From Betaproteobacteria bacterium (lineage in GTDB: Bacteria; Pseudomonadota; Gammaproteobacteria; Burkholderiales; Burkholderiaceae_D), in contig JABDED010000003.1 in NCBI GenBank assembly GCA_013287275.1, positions 11,225-75,224 on the forward strand: a DNA stretch of 64,000 nucleotides. Reading direction: 5' to 3'. Each line of letters opens with the position of its first letter. Position 1 is the first letter of the stretch. Below the pieces are notes generated by a model. That model saw nothing but the letters and a program-made list of their open reading frames with translations, was not told the DNA's origin and searched no databases. The position numbers and the translations under genes are program-made. Positions 31,491-41,411 of this stretch are shown here, in pieces.

Positions 31491-31739
31491 CTAGAAATCG
31501 CCGCCCACCGGGCTGGCAATCATGTCCACGATCTTTCTCTCCGCCTCATGCAGTGCGGCATTTTTTGCATCGGCTTCGGTAGCCGCCTCAAACGGGCCGG
31601 TGAAGCTTTGCGAGATTTCCAATCCGTCCGCCCCCATCTTTTGTATCTCGGTCGTAGCCGACCACCTGCCGTCTTTGGCGGGAAGCGCTATCGTAAAAAT
31701 GTCGTAGCCTTTAAAAGACTCGCTCGGCTGTCTGCTCAT
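31491..31739 (-). CDS. Small hypothetical protein
   Basis: SD gaggag before ATG 31739; KGYDI...W.A...I...F...A..AAL pattern. Confidence 0.65.
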   Translation of the reverse strand: MSRQPSESFKGYDIFTIALPAKDGRWSATTEIQKMGADGLEISQSFTGPFEAATEADAKNAALHEAERKIVDMIASPVGGDF

Positions 31740-31842
31740 GGCGTTCTCCTCTTTGAGTGGAAACCATAACATCTGTACTCAATCTGCTCTGTCTGTCGGC
31801 GTACAGTAGGCTTGCCCAGGCAGCAGGCAGTGCATGTGCAGC

Positions 31843-32223
31843 TTATTCGTCGTCAAAATCGGGGCCGGGGACGCCCAGCGTCTCGCGGCTATGCTGCGAT
31901 GAAGAGGCAAAATCGACCTCGGTATAGGTCTCTATATTCTTGAGGAACTTGGCAATATGCCGCTCAAAGCGGCGCATGCGGTTGCCGGGGTGCTTCACCA
32001 GTTCCTTGATCGTGTGCGGGCTCCAGAAAATGGTCAGCCCTAACGGAAACTCATATTTGCTGCCGCCGGCCGCCGGTCCGCCGTGCAAATACACGACCTT
32101 GGCCTGGTTCGCTTTCCCATCGAGATCATCCGCCACAATTTCCGCTGGCAGCTTGTTGCTGATCAGTTGCTTGAGCTTGGGAAAATATGTTTCATTAAAG
32201 ATATGTGCGGTCTTGGCATCCAT
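31843..32223 (-). CDS. Hypothetical protein
   Basis: 126-aa ORF with plausible codon use; no motif recognised. Confidence 0.55.
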   Translation of the reverse strand: MDAKTAHIFNETYFPKLKQLISNKLPAEIVADDLDGKANQAKVVYLHGGPAAGGSKYEFPLGLTIFWSPHTIKELVKHPGNRMRRFERHIAKFLKNIETYTEVDFASSSQHSRETLGVPGPDFDDE

Positions 32224-32355
32224 GACAGACTCTTATTAGGCTCGTTAGAGGGATATGATAGCCTCAATTCGGTTCGGCTGAATCGCCTTTTGCCCGCATA
32301 CCGGTGCATTGCATGAAGTGCGGCCCTGTCGTGCCGCAAGCAGCTCCGCTACGCT

Positions 32356-32805
32356 TCAGTCCACCCAGTTCAGCCTGGGGAATTTTTGATGGATTTCTTC
32401 CGGCATGGGCACCACCTTGCCGGTCTTGTACGCAAAGCAGACAAAGCCGGATTTGGCCATCGCCACCAGCGTGTTATCGGCAGGCCGGGTTATGCGGAAG
32501 GTGATGTCGCCGCCATACTTGTTAAAGTCCATCACGCCGACTTCAAACAGCAACTGGTCCCGCGCATGTGCCTCTGCCTTGTACATCGTCGCCAGGTCGG
32601 TGACGATAATGCCCGGCAGGCGCCCGCCGCTGGCCGTCTCGCCTATGCCGAACTCAAATAAAAAGCGGGCACGCGCTTCGGAGATCATCGAGATCATGGA
32701 ATCGTTGCCGAGATGGTTGGCGCCGTTGATGTCGGTGACGCGCACCGTCAATGTCGTGGAGTAGTAGAACTGGTCGTCGGGAAAAGTGAGATTGAGGCGG
32801 GCCAT
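32356..32805 (-). CDS. Hotdog-fold thioesterase (4HBT/YbgC-like)
   Basis: VRVTDINGANHLGND...SEAR. Confidence 0.85.
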   Translation of the reverse strand: MARLNLTFPDDQFYYSTTLTVRVTDINGANHLGNDSMISMISEARARFLFEFGIGETASGGRLPGIIVTDLATMYKAEAHARDQLLFEVGVMDFNKYGGDITFRITRPADNTLVAMAKSGFVCFAYKTGKVVPMPEEIHQKFPRLNWVD

Positions 32806-33249
32806 AGAGGGATTGTTTCTGAATTATTTAATGATGCAACCCCAATCCTAGCATTGTTCCAGACTGAGTTGAGCAAGGACAAGACCGGATATTGCCAAAT
32901 TCTCAAAAGGCCCGTCATCACGAATTGCAAGGAATCCCAGGAAAATTTGCCCGTCGATGCATATATCAGCGCTCTTGCAAGCGCCGTCTGGAGTTAAATT
33001 ATTCGCCGCACCAGAAGCTTTGCGAACTCCCGGCCCCATGGCCCACCCTGGCAACTAACTATTCCGCCCCTCTATGTCTCCCTGAAGATACGTCGCGTAG
33101 CCGCTTATGCATGGGCAGGCTTATCGAACCACTTATTTGTCCTATAAGGTGTAAATGTCATTGCTGATGGAAGACCTATCTGGCAATATTGGAAATCTAT
33201 AAGAAGTCCGATATACGTTATCTCACCCACTTGATTTCAGGAGGTACAG

Positions 33250-34008
33250 ATGAGCGATGAGGCACCACTCCCCCCACAGCGGCGGAATTTCTTGCGGCAA
33301 GTTATTACCATAGCAGGAACCGCACCTTTCTCTTCCCAATTGATCACCGGCGCCGGCGCTACCGCTGTAATCGCCGCGTCACCAGCCGCATTGGCGGCCG
33401 ACGCCGCGCCGGCACCGCCAGCCCCGGTCGGCTATGCATGCTTTAGCGCCGACGAAGCGGCATTTGTCGAAACCATGGTTAACGTCATGTGCCCGGCAGA
33501 CGAATACACGCCGAACGGCGTCGATTGCGGCCTGGCGATTTTTATTGATCGTCAATTGTCAGGGGCTTTCGGCAAGGGCGCGGGGCGCTATATGCAAGGC
33601 CCGTGGCAAGAAGGAAAACCGGAGCTCGGCCCGCAATTGCCGCTAACGCCGGAAGCGTTTTTCAAGCTTGGCGTGGAAGCGGCCAACCGGCAATGCCAGA
33701 GCCAGTTCGGCAAAACCTTTGACCAGTTGCCGCCCCCCGACGCCGACGCCTTTCTAAAGAATATTGCAGACGGCAAGGTTAAGGACGACTCCGTTCCATT
33801 GGCATCCTGGTTCAATGACCTGATTTATCCCTTGTTTTCGCAAGCCTGCTTTGCCGATCCTCTGTATGGCGGCAATAACAACAAGGTGTTCTGGAAAATG
33901 GTCGGTTATCCGGGCCTGCCGGCGACGCATACGCTAGACATGGTCAACTATCGTGGCAAACCCTTTCCAGGCGCGAAAGACCCCAAATCCATAGTTGATT
34001 TCAGCTGA
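33250..34008 (+). CDS. Gluconate 2-dehydrogenase subunit 3 (gamma)-like Tat-exported protein
   Basis: QRRNFL Tat motif, FIDRQL, FADPLYGGN, WKMVGYPG. Confidence 0.85.
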   Translation: MSDEAPLPPQRRNFLRQVITIAGTAPFSSQLITGAGATAVIAASPAALAADAAPAPPAPVGYACFSADEAAFVETMVNVMCPADEYTPNGVDCGLAIFIDRQLSGAFGKGAGRYMQGPWQEGKPELGPQLPLTPEAFFKLGVEAANRQCQSQFGKTFDQLPPPDADAFLKNIADGKVKDDSVPLASWFNDLIYPLFSQACFADPLYGGNNNKVFWKMVGYPGLPATHTLDMVNYRGKPFPGAKDPKSIVDFS

Positions 34009-34020
34009 AGGAAAAATCAA

Positions 34021-35781
34021 ATGCTCAAGAAACTAGACAAGCGGACGGTCGTCATCGTCGGCGGAGGGCTGACTGCCGCCCTGATTTCAAGGCGGCTGAC
34101 AGAACAGGGTGTGGATGTGGTAGTGCTGGAACGCGGCGGCGATCATACCAACGGTGCCGAGGCCAAATTGCCGAGCCAGCGCGATGAGTTGCGCTGGGAT
34201 GTAAGGCAAGGCCTGGTACAAAAATGCGATGTGCAAACCTATACCTTGCGCCATTCCCGCAATGACGTATCGCTGCCGGTGCGCTGGATGGAGGCTTTTC
34301 TTCCCGGTGAAGGCATGGGAGGGGCGGCCAACCACTGGAACGGCCACACCTGGCGCTGGGCGGAGTACGACCCGACCTTGCGCACCCATTACGCTAACCG
34401 GTACGGCAAAAATGCTATTCCTGCCAACATGCCCTTGCAAGATTGGGGGGTGACCTACAAGGAGATGGAGCCTCATCATGAGCTGTTTGAAAAGCTGTTC
34501 GGCTTGTCAGGCAAGGCCGGCAATATCGAAGGAAAAATCCAGCCGGGCGGCAATCCTTTCGAAGCACCGCGCCGCGGCGAATATCCGCAAAAGCCGCTGG
34601 AAATTACCGAGGCCGGCCTGATCTTCAAGCAAACGACTGAAAGCCTGGGCTACCATCCCTTCCCTACCCCTGCGGCCAACTCCTCCGGCGTGTATACCAA
34701 CCCGGACGGACAAAAGCTCGGCCAATGCCAGTATTGCGGCCATTGCGAACGATTCATTTGCGAGGCGCAAGCCAAGGCTTCACCGGAGGTCTTGTTATAT
34801 CCTATGCTGAAGCAGCGCAAAGGCTTTGAACTGCGCCTGTTCAGCCATGTGCTGGGCGTTAACTACGACCGCAAGACCAGGCGGGTGACGGGCGTGCGCT
34901 ATGTCAACCTGCACAACGGCCAGGAATATGAGCAGCCTGCCGATGTCGTGGTGCTGGCTGCCTTCACCATGACCAACAACAAATTGCTGCTGCTGGACCG
35001 CATTGGCACGCCCTACAATCCGGCGACCGGCAAGGGCGTGGTCGGCAGGAATTTCTGCTACCAGACGACTTCCGGAGTGAATTTGTTCATGAAGGACCGC
35101 TGGATCAATCCCTTCCTTGCCACCGGCAGCACAGGAACCGTGATTGACGATTTCAATAATGACAATTTCGATCATACCGGCCTGGGCTTCCTTGGGGGCG
35201 GCGCAATCAGTTGCAATGTTTTCGGCGGCCGCCCCATCACATCGCGCCGGGTGCCGCCGGGGACGCCGCGTTGGGGCACGCAATGGAAAAAAGCCAACGC
35301 CGACTGGTATGCGCATTCGTTCAGCTTGTCGGTGCAAGGCAGTTGCTACCCGCACACGGAAAATTTCCTCGACCTCGACCCTGTGTACAAGGACGCCTAC
35401 GGCCAGCCGCTGGTACGCATGACTTTTGACTGGCGCGACAATGAAATGAAAATGTCGGTCTACCTGACAAAAAAAATAGAGGCGATAGCCAAATCCATGG
35501 GCGCCGATATCGTTAGCCCGGCAACGCCGCGCAAAAGCCCGTTCGACACGCGCGTCTACCAGACCACGCACATTACCGGCGGTACGCCGATGGGTATTGA
35601 TCCCGCCACAAGCGTGGTCACGCCACGCTTGCAGCACTGGGATGCGCAGAACCTGTTTATTGTCGGCGCCTCCGTATTCCAGCATAACTCCGGCTACAAT
35701 CCGACCGGCCCGCTGGCTGCACTGGCGCTACGCCTCGGTGACGACCTGGTGCAGTACGTGCAGCATCCGCGGATGCTGTGA
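34021..35781 (+). CDS. GMC-family flavoprotein, gluconate 2-dehydrogenase large-subunit-like
   Basis: VVIVGGG..LERG, GGAANHWNG (His at the FAD-attachment position), CQYCGHC...C, YQTTH..GG, NPTG. Confidence 0.88.
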   Translation: MLKKLDKRTVVIVGGGLTAALISRRLTEQGVDVVVLERGGDHTNGAEAKLPSQRDELRWDVRQGLVQKCDVQTYTLRHSRNDVSLPVRWMEAFLPGEGMGGAANHWNGHTWRWAEYDPTLRTHYANRYGKNAIPANMPLQDWGVTYKEMEPHHELFEKLFGLSGKAGNIEGKIQPGGNPFEAPRRGEYPQKPLEITEAGLIFKQTTESLGYHPFPTPAANSSGVYTNPDGQKLGQCQYCGHCERFICEAQAKASPEVLLYPMLKQRKGFELRLFSHVLGVNYDRKTRRVTGVRYVNLHNGQEYEQPADVVVLAAFTMTNNKLLLLDRIGTPYNPATGKGVVGRNFCYQTTSGVNLFMKDRWINPFLATGSTGTVIDDFNNDNFDHTGLGFLGGGAISCNVFGGRPITSRRVPPGTPRWGTQWKKANADWYAHSFSLSVQGSCYPHTENFLDLDPVYKDAYGQPLVRMTFDWRDNEMKMSVYLTKKIEAIAKSMGADIVSPATPRKSPFDTRVYQTTHITGGTPMGIDPATSVVTPRLQHWDAQNLFIVGASVFQHNSGYNPTGPLAALALRLGDDLVQYVQHPRML

Positions 35782-35838
35782 CAGGAATGCTGTGATACGA
35801 CACAAAAATCATATGAAAATTGATCAAGGAGTACAGAA

Positions 35839-36213
35839 ATGAAGCGACTGAACAAAGCGGCACTGGCTACCATCGTTGCCCTGTCTTGCACGCCCATCGC
35901 TCCTGCGATGGCGCAAGACGCCGACGCAGGGAAGCAAGTCTTTGCGCAATGCACTGCCTGCCATGCGGTCACCGCCACCAACGGCGTGGGCCCTGGCCTG
36001 CTGGGCATAGTCGGCCGCAAGTCGGCGTCGTCTCCAGGGTTTCGCTATAGTCCGGCAATGAAAAGGGCCAACTTGAGCTGGGACGAGAAAGCCCTGGATG
36101 CCTACCTCACAGATCCGCAAAAAACCGTCCCCGGCAACCTGATGCCTTTCTCCGGCCTTGCGGATGCAAAGCAGCGCGCGGATTTGATTGCGTATCTGAA
36201 AATGATTAAATAA
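35839..36213 (+). CDS. Class I cytochrome c (c2-like, monoheme)
   Basis: Signal peptide, single CTACH, GPGL.GIVGR, PGNLM. Confidence 0.92.
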   Translation: MKRLNKAALATIVALSCTPIAPAMAQDADAGKQVFAQCTACHAVTATNGVGPGLLGIVGRKSASSPGFRYSPAMKRANLSWDEKALDAYLTDPQKTVPGNLMPFSGLADAKQRADLIAYLKMIK

Positions 36214-36297
36214 AGCAAAGAAGCATACGCGTCTTGCCCCCCCGGGACGACGAATTCAGGATCCGGGTAAGGAAAGCGCCGTATTTTCCTGGATACG

Positions 36298-36332
36298 AAA
36301 AAACCGCATATCTGTGAAGATATGCGGTTTTT
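36298..36332. terminator. Bidirectional terminator next to the decayed tRNA-Leu 3' end
   Basis: aaaaaaccgcatatct-gtga-agatatgcggttttt. Confidence 0.8.
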
Positions 36333-36421
36333 AAGTTTCTTGAGCTGGCGCCCGAGGCTGGAATTGACGCGGTACTTCTATTCAACGCGCGTGCATTGAC
36401 AACGAGAACCGAGTTCTCACA

Positions 36422-37660
36422 TCAATCCAGCGCACAGATTTCTTCCAAGGTAGCTAGCCGGCGTTTGGTCTCACGTACGTAAGGATTGCTTTGGTCCCAC
36501 GCATAACCGGCCAATATCGAACAGATCATGCGCCGTATCTCCGGCAACTGCCCTTCCTTGAAAATAATTTTCTGGAAGGCGCCCGCATACCAGGATTCGA
36601 CAAAAGCCCTGAACGTATCCACGCCCTGTTTCAGCGGCGCGCCGTATTCGCTCTGCCAATCGACGGTTTCGCCCGCGAACTGCCGCTTGAGCAGGGCCGC
36701 CGCCATGCTTGCCGATTTGAAGGCGATGGTCACGCCGGAAGAGAATACCGGGTCCAGAAATTCACCGGCATTCCCCAGCAATGCGTAACCGGGGCCCCAT
36801 AGCGATTTGACATTGGCGGAATACCCGACAATTTGCCGGGCCGGCGTATCCCAAACCGCATTCGCCAGCAAGCGCTGCAAGGAAGGGTCTTCATTCACCA
36901 GGGCCTGCAAACGCTCGCTTTCTGATCCCTTGTATTGGGCCAGAAATTCCGTTTCTGCCACTACGCCCAATGAGCAGCGTCCATTGGCAAACGGTATCAG
37001 CCAATACCAGACATTGCAGTGCTCGGGATGAACGGTAACCCTAATCTTGTTCCTGTCAAATCCGACCAGCGGAATGCCGTCTTCCACGTGCGTAAAAATG
37101 GCGCCGCGCACAGGAAAATTCGAAGGCGACTCCAGTTTCAGCAGGCGCGGCAGGATACGGCCAAAGCCGCTGGCATCAAGGATAAAACCGGCCTCAATGA
37201 CATACTCGGTGCCTTCCGGATTTTTGACCACAGCGCTCGGTTTGTCGGCATTCACCTCCACGCTGACGACTTCGTGCCGATACCTGACTTCTGCACCCTG
37301 GCGTTCTGCCTCCGTTGCGAGCAGGTGGTCGAAGTGGGCGCGTTGCACCTGATAGGTCGTGCCCCAGCCTTTGGAAAATTGATCGCGGAAATCGAATTCT
37401 GTGGAGCGCTCCCCCCTGACGAACGCGGCGCCGTTCTTATATTGGAAACCGGCCTCCACCACGGCCTTCAACATCCCCGCCTGCTCCAGGTACTCCATAC
37501 TTTGCGGCAGCAAGCTTTCACCGATGCTGAAACGCGGAAATTGCTCACGCTCGATCACGACTACATGCCGCCCCTGCTGCCGCAGCAGCGCCGCGGCCAC
37601 GGAGCCGGCCGGACCGGCGCCGATGATCAGCACTTCGCAATTCTCATTCTTTTGGCTCAT
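36422..37660 (-). CDS. FAD-dependent oxidoreductase, flavin-dependent halogenase-like
   Basis: GAGPAG, PRFSIGESLLP, DASG, WYWLIP (WxWxIP), GNAGEFLDPVFSSGV. Confidence 0.82.
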   Translation of the reverse strand: MSQKNENCEVLIIGAGPAGSVAAALLRQQGRHVVVIEREQFPRFSIGESLLPQSMEYLEQAGMLKAVVEAGFQYKNGAAFVRGERSTEFDFRDQFSKGWGTTYQVQRAHFDHLLATEAERQGAEVRYRHEVVSVEVNADKPSAVVKNPEGTEYVIEAGFILDASGFGRILPRLLKLESPSNFPVRGAIFTHVEDGIPLVGFDRNKIRVTVHPEHCNVWYWLIPFANGRCSLGVVAETEFLAQYKGSESERLQALVNEDPSLQRLLANAVWDTPARQIVGYSANVKSLWGPGYALLGNAGEFLDPVFSSGVTIAFKSASMAAALLKRQFAGETVDWQSEYGAPLKQGVDTFRAFVESWYAGAFQKIIFKEGQLPEIRRMICSILAGYAWDQSNPYVRETKRRLATLEEICALD

Positions 37661-37728
37661 GGCTATCCTATTTTTTTGTCTCTTTTTATACTAATTTATA
37701 CCAACTCGTTGTGAGATAAGGCAAACCG

Positions 37729-38658
37729 TTAATTCCAGATCCAGTTCCAAAGTCCGGGCAAATGAACCTTCTGTGACGCATCGCCGACAGAGCGGGCTAT
37801 CGCAGCCCGCTCCAACGCGGCAGGATCGTCATAAAAGGGCTTGGCGGCGGTCGGCATATTCAACTCGCGCGCGCTATCGGCCAATATCTGCAAATATTCT
37901 CGCATATGGCGCGCAGTGTAGCGATTGATATCGTGGAAAGTGACCACCACCGGTATGCTGCCGTCGACTGCAGGCAGTGCGCCCAGCGCTATCTGCTCGC
38001 GCACTTCGGCAAGCTGGTGCAACATGCTGGAGCGCCTTCTCAGGCTGAAATTGACTCCCCAGACTTTGCCGTCGTTTGCACTCAGGTCGGTCAGCAGCAT
38101 ATGCAATCCATGCTGCCGGTACCCGGCCAAGGTGCGCTGATCATAGCTCCAGAATGGCGGCCGCACCAGCGATGGCGCGCTGCCGGTGACGGCGCGGATA
38201 TCGGCGATGCCGTCATCCAGGGAGTGGGTAAATACCTCGGGACTGAGGTAGCGATGATTATCATGCCCGGCGGTGGCGCTATGCAAACCCAGCACATGCC
38301 CGGCGCTATATTCGCGCTGCATGAACTCTCGCCCCAATGCAGAACCGCCGGCATCGCTGGCTCGCGTTTGTAAAAAGAAAATTGCCTTGATACCAGGTTG
38401 CAGCGGATTATCCGCGAGGTCGTCCAGTATGGATTGCGTGGGGCTATTTTCTTTGGTAGCGACAGGGCCGTCATCAAAGGTCAATAAAAATCGGATCGGC
38501 AATTGATTTTGAGGCAGTCCGGCCACCGCAGCCGATTCACTCACAGGCGCCACTGAACAAGCCGACAATCCCAGAAGCAGCGCTATCGTTGCCAAAAATC
38601 CAAAAATGTTCGTCGACTTGCTTGTTGCACGGGAGAACCAGGCGAAAACATGATGCAT
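37729..38658 (-). CDS. Polysaccharide deacetylase (CE4/NodB) family lipoprotein
   Basis: Lipobox LSAC, LTFDDGP, HS...H, RPPF, TFHD; start uncertain. Confidence 0.8.
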   Translation of the reverse strand: MHHVFAWFSRATSKSTNIFGFLATIALLLGLSACSVAPVSESAAVAGLPQNQLPIRFLLTFDDGPVATKENSPTQSILDDLADNPLQPGIKAIFFLQTRASDAGGSALGREFMQREYSAGHVLGLHSATAGHDNHRYLSPEVFTHSLDDGIADIRAVTGSAPSLVRPPFWSYDQRTLAGYRQHGLHMLLTDLSANDGKVWGVNFSLRRRSSMLHQLAEVREQIALGALPAVDGSIPVVVTFHDINRYTARHMREYLQILADSARELNMPTAAKPFYDDPAALERAAIARSVGDASQKVHLPGLWNWIWN

Positions 38659-38960
38659 AAACGAGTGCCGCTGAAATAGGGAATATTGAGTTGAAAAACC
38701 AGCGGAAGCAGGTGGCGGAGTCAAACAGGCATCATCTTAGCAGTATTTTCCTTGAATTCAGGCGCAAAACCTCCTTATCCAGCCCTGTCGCCGGATGCCG
38801 ACATAGACGGGAGGTCTAAAATTCGTCACAATGTAGGCCATAATGGGCCATTAACGGCTAAAAATCTTCAGGCTGGTCATCTAAAACCTCAGACCAACCT
38901 CCAAATTACCGATAGCAGGCCCGTTTCATCGAGTGGCTATCTTATTTTTACAGCAAAACA

Positions 38961-39224
38961 ATGAGTGAACAACGAACAACGGAAGCAGAATTGGCAGAGT
39001 TGGTAGTGCAGGTACTGAATCTGGAAATTAAACCTCAAGACATCGATCCAGCGCAGTCCCTGGTTGAAGATCTGGGACTCGATTCATTGGATGTGCTCGA
39101 AATCGCCTTGACCGTGTCAAAAAAATACGGTGTGAAGCTGCGTTCTGACAACGAAAACAACAAGCAGATTTTCTCTTCGCTGGCAAGCCTGGCGCAGCAC
39201 ATCAACCAAGAACGCGTTAAATAG
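38961..39224 (+). CDS. Acyl carrier protein
   Basis: LGLDSLDVLE phosphopantetheine motif. Confidence 0.92.
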   Translation: MSEQRTTEAELAELVVQVLNLEIKPQDIDPAQSLVEDLGLDSLDVLEIALTVSKKYGVKLRSDNENNKQIFSSLASLAQHINQERVK

Positions 39225-39249
39225 GCGCGGGTTACCACTTATCAAATCC

Positions 39250-39774
39250 ATGCGGACCAAGGCTATTGTCAAGTTCGTGACGACAGCGCTGGTTTTGTCG
39301 TATCCATTCCTTACACACTGGATTCTGCCGCATTGGCAGACCGCCCCCGCTTTTGCGCTCATGCTGCCGCCGACGATACTGAACGCCCTGCTGGCCTGGG
39401 TATTTGGACGCACGCTGATGCGTGGGCGAGAACCGATGATCAGCATGTTCGCCAGGATGGAACATGCAGCTATCAGCAAGCAGGAAAATGCCGAGTTGCC
39501 GCAGGATCTGATTGCTTACACCCGCACACTGACCAAAATCTGGAGCAGCCTGTTCGTGGCCATGGCGCTGGTTTCCGCATCGCTTGCATGGTCCGGCCTG
39601 CACGCATGGTGGGCACTGTTTACTGGTCTCATTAGCTATGTATTAATGGGCCTGCTGTTTTTAGGTGAATACATGTTTCGACGTTTCCGTTTTACGCAAT
39701 ATCCGCACGCCAACCCATTTCAGTTTGTCTTGTCGTTGATAAAATCGGGCCCTATCTGGATGCGCGGTAAATGA
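39250..39774 (+). CDS. Membrane protein of aryl-polyene-type clusters
   Basis: FGRTL...PMI..FAR, YTR.LT..W, GEY.FR; about 4 TM. Confidence 0.75.
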   Translation: MRTKAIVKFVTTALVLSYPFLTHWILPHWQTAPAFALMLPPTILNALLAWVFGRTLMRGREPMISMFARMEHAAISKQENAELPQDLIAYTRTLTKIWSSLFVAMALVSASLAWSGLHAWWALFTGLISYVLMGLLFLGEYMFRRFRFTQYPHANPFQFVLSLIKSGPIWMRGK

Positions 39775-41411
39775 TGCCGGCGCTTTCACAACAGGCTTTG
39801 CCGCTGATCCGGCACTTTCCTGCCGGCAGCCCGCTGGCCCTGGGCAACGAGGCAGTCAGCCCTGCCCAGTTCATCGCCCTGGCGCGCAAGCTGGCAAGCC
39901 GCTTGCCGGATTGCCAGCATGTGATCAATTTGTGCGACGACCGCTATAACTTCCTGCTCGGCTTTGCTGCGGCCTTGATCGCCAACCGGATCACCTTGAC
40001 GCCGTCCAGTCGCGCCACGGAAGCGATTAACCGAATACAAGATGATTTTGCCGATACGTATGTACTCACCGATGATTTGTTAGCAGGCTACCTGGAACAC
40101 CCGGCCGCCGCCGATCCAGCCGATCTGCAGGCTGCCGCGGAGCTGTCCATACCCGGGATTCCCGCAGACCAGGCCGCCGTGATTTTGTTTACATCGGGCA
40201 GCACCGGCCAAGCCTCGGCGCATCTTAAAACCTGGGGCATGCTGGTGCAGGGAGCCGACCAGCTCCAGCACGCATTTGGCGTGCCGCCCGGCTCCTGCAT
40301 AGTGGGTACGATACCGCCGCAGCATATGTTCGGCCTGGAGAGCACTATCGTTTTCCCACTGCAGTGGGGCTGCACGATTCATCGCGCGCGGCCATTGCTG
40401 CCGGCGGATATTGAACATGCTGCAGAAAGTGCGAATGCCCCCGTGTGGCTGATGACTACGCCCGTGCATCTTCGCGCGCTGATCAGCGAAGACTATGCGC
40501 TGCGCGGTATTGCCGGCGCCATTTCAGCGACTATGCCCATCGACCAGCCGGGCGCTGTCGCTGCCGAGAAAATATTGAACGCGCCCTTATATGAAATTTA
40601 CGGCTGTACCGAAGCGGGCATTACAGCAACGCGGCGCCCTGCCGAGTATCTCGAATGGACACTATGTCCGGATTTTCAATTGCGTATTGAAGGTGAGCAA
40701 AGCTGGCTGGAAGGGCCGCGTGTTGCGCAAGCCCTGGCACTCACCGACCATATTGAGATGCACAGTGCAGATAGATTTACGCTACATGGCAGGACCGGCA
40801 GCATTCTCAAAATTGCAGGAAGGCGAACTTCGCTAGACGCATTGAACGCAGAATTGCTTGCGATTGATGGCGTGGTTGACGGCTGTTTTTACCTGCCGCC
40901 GTCGGCCCAGGAAAATCAAAGATTGCAGGCCTTCGTGGTCGCGCCGCAGCTGGACGCACGCGACATCACTAATGCATTGAAACAGCGCATCGATTCAGTA
41001 TTCCTTCCGCGGCCCCTGTGGAAGGTGCAGTACCTTCCTCGCGACAGCAATGGCAAATTACCGCATTCCGAATTGAGTAAACTGGCAAGCAGCATGACAG
41101 CATCCGGTGCAGTCGCAACCCTCAGCCTGAGCAGTGTCGTGAACGAAGGCCATGCCGCACTGGATGGCCATTTCCCCGGCCGCCCTATCGTGCCTGGGGT
41201 ATTGCTGTTAAGCGAGGTGATAACGCTGGCAACCGGCCATTATCGTGTCAGCGGAATCAGGCAAGTCAAATTTCATGCGCCGCTGAGCCCGGGCCAGGCG
41301 TATGAGATCCAGCTGCACCAGACCTCCCCTTCCTCGGTAAAATTTACCATTCAACACGAGCAATCCACGATAGCCACTGGACTCCTCCAGTGCGAGGCGC
41401 AGCATGTCTAA
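39771..41411 (+). CDS. AMP-dependent acyl/aryl-ACP ligase fused to a C-terminal FabA/FabZ-like hotdog domain
   Basis: FTSGSTG...K, YGCTE, LP...NGK, then GHFPGRPIVPGV. Confidence 0.85.
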   Translation: MMPALSQQALPLIRHFPAGSPLALGNEAVSPAQFIALARKLASRLPDCQHVINLCDDRYNFLLGFAAALIANRITLTPSSRATEAINRIQDDFADTYVLTDDLLAGYLEHPAAADPADLQAAAELSIPGIPADQAAVILFTSGSTGQASAHLKTWGMLVQGADQLQHAFGVPPGSCIVGTIPPQHMFGLESTIVFPLQWGCTIHRARPLLPADIEHAAESANAPVWLMTTPVHLRALISEDYALRGIAGAISATMPIDQPGAVAAEKILNAPLYEIYGCTEAGITATRRPAEYLEWTLCPDFQLRIEGEQSWLEGPRVAQALALTDHIEMHSADRFTLHGRTGSILKIAGRRTSLDALNAELLAIDGVVDGCFYLPPSAQENQRLQAFVVAPQLDARDITNALKQRIDSVFLPRPLWKVQYLPRDSNGKLPHSELSKLASSMTASGAVATLSLSSVVNEGHAALDGHFPGRPIVPGVLLLSEVITLATGHYRVSGIRQVKFHAPLSPGQAYEIQLHQTSPSSVKFTIQHEQSTIATGLLQCEAQHV

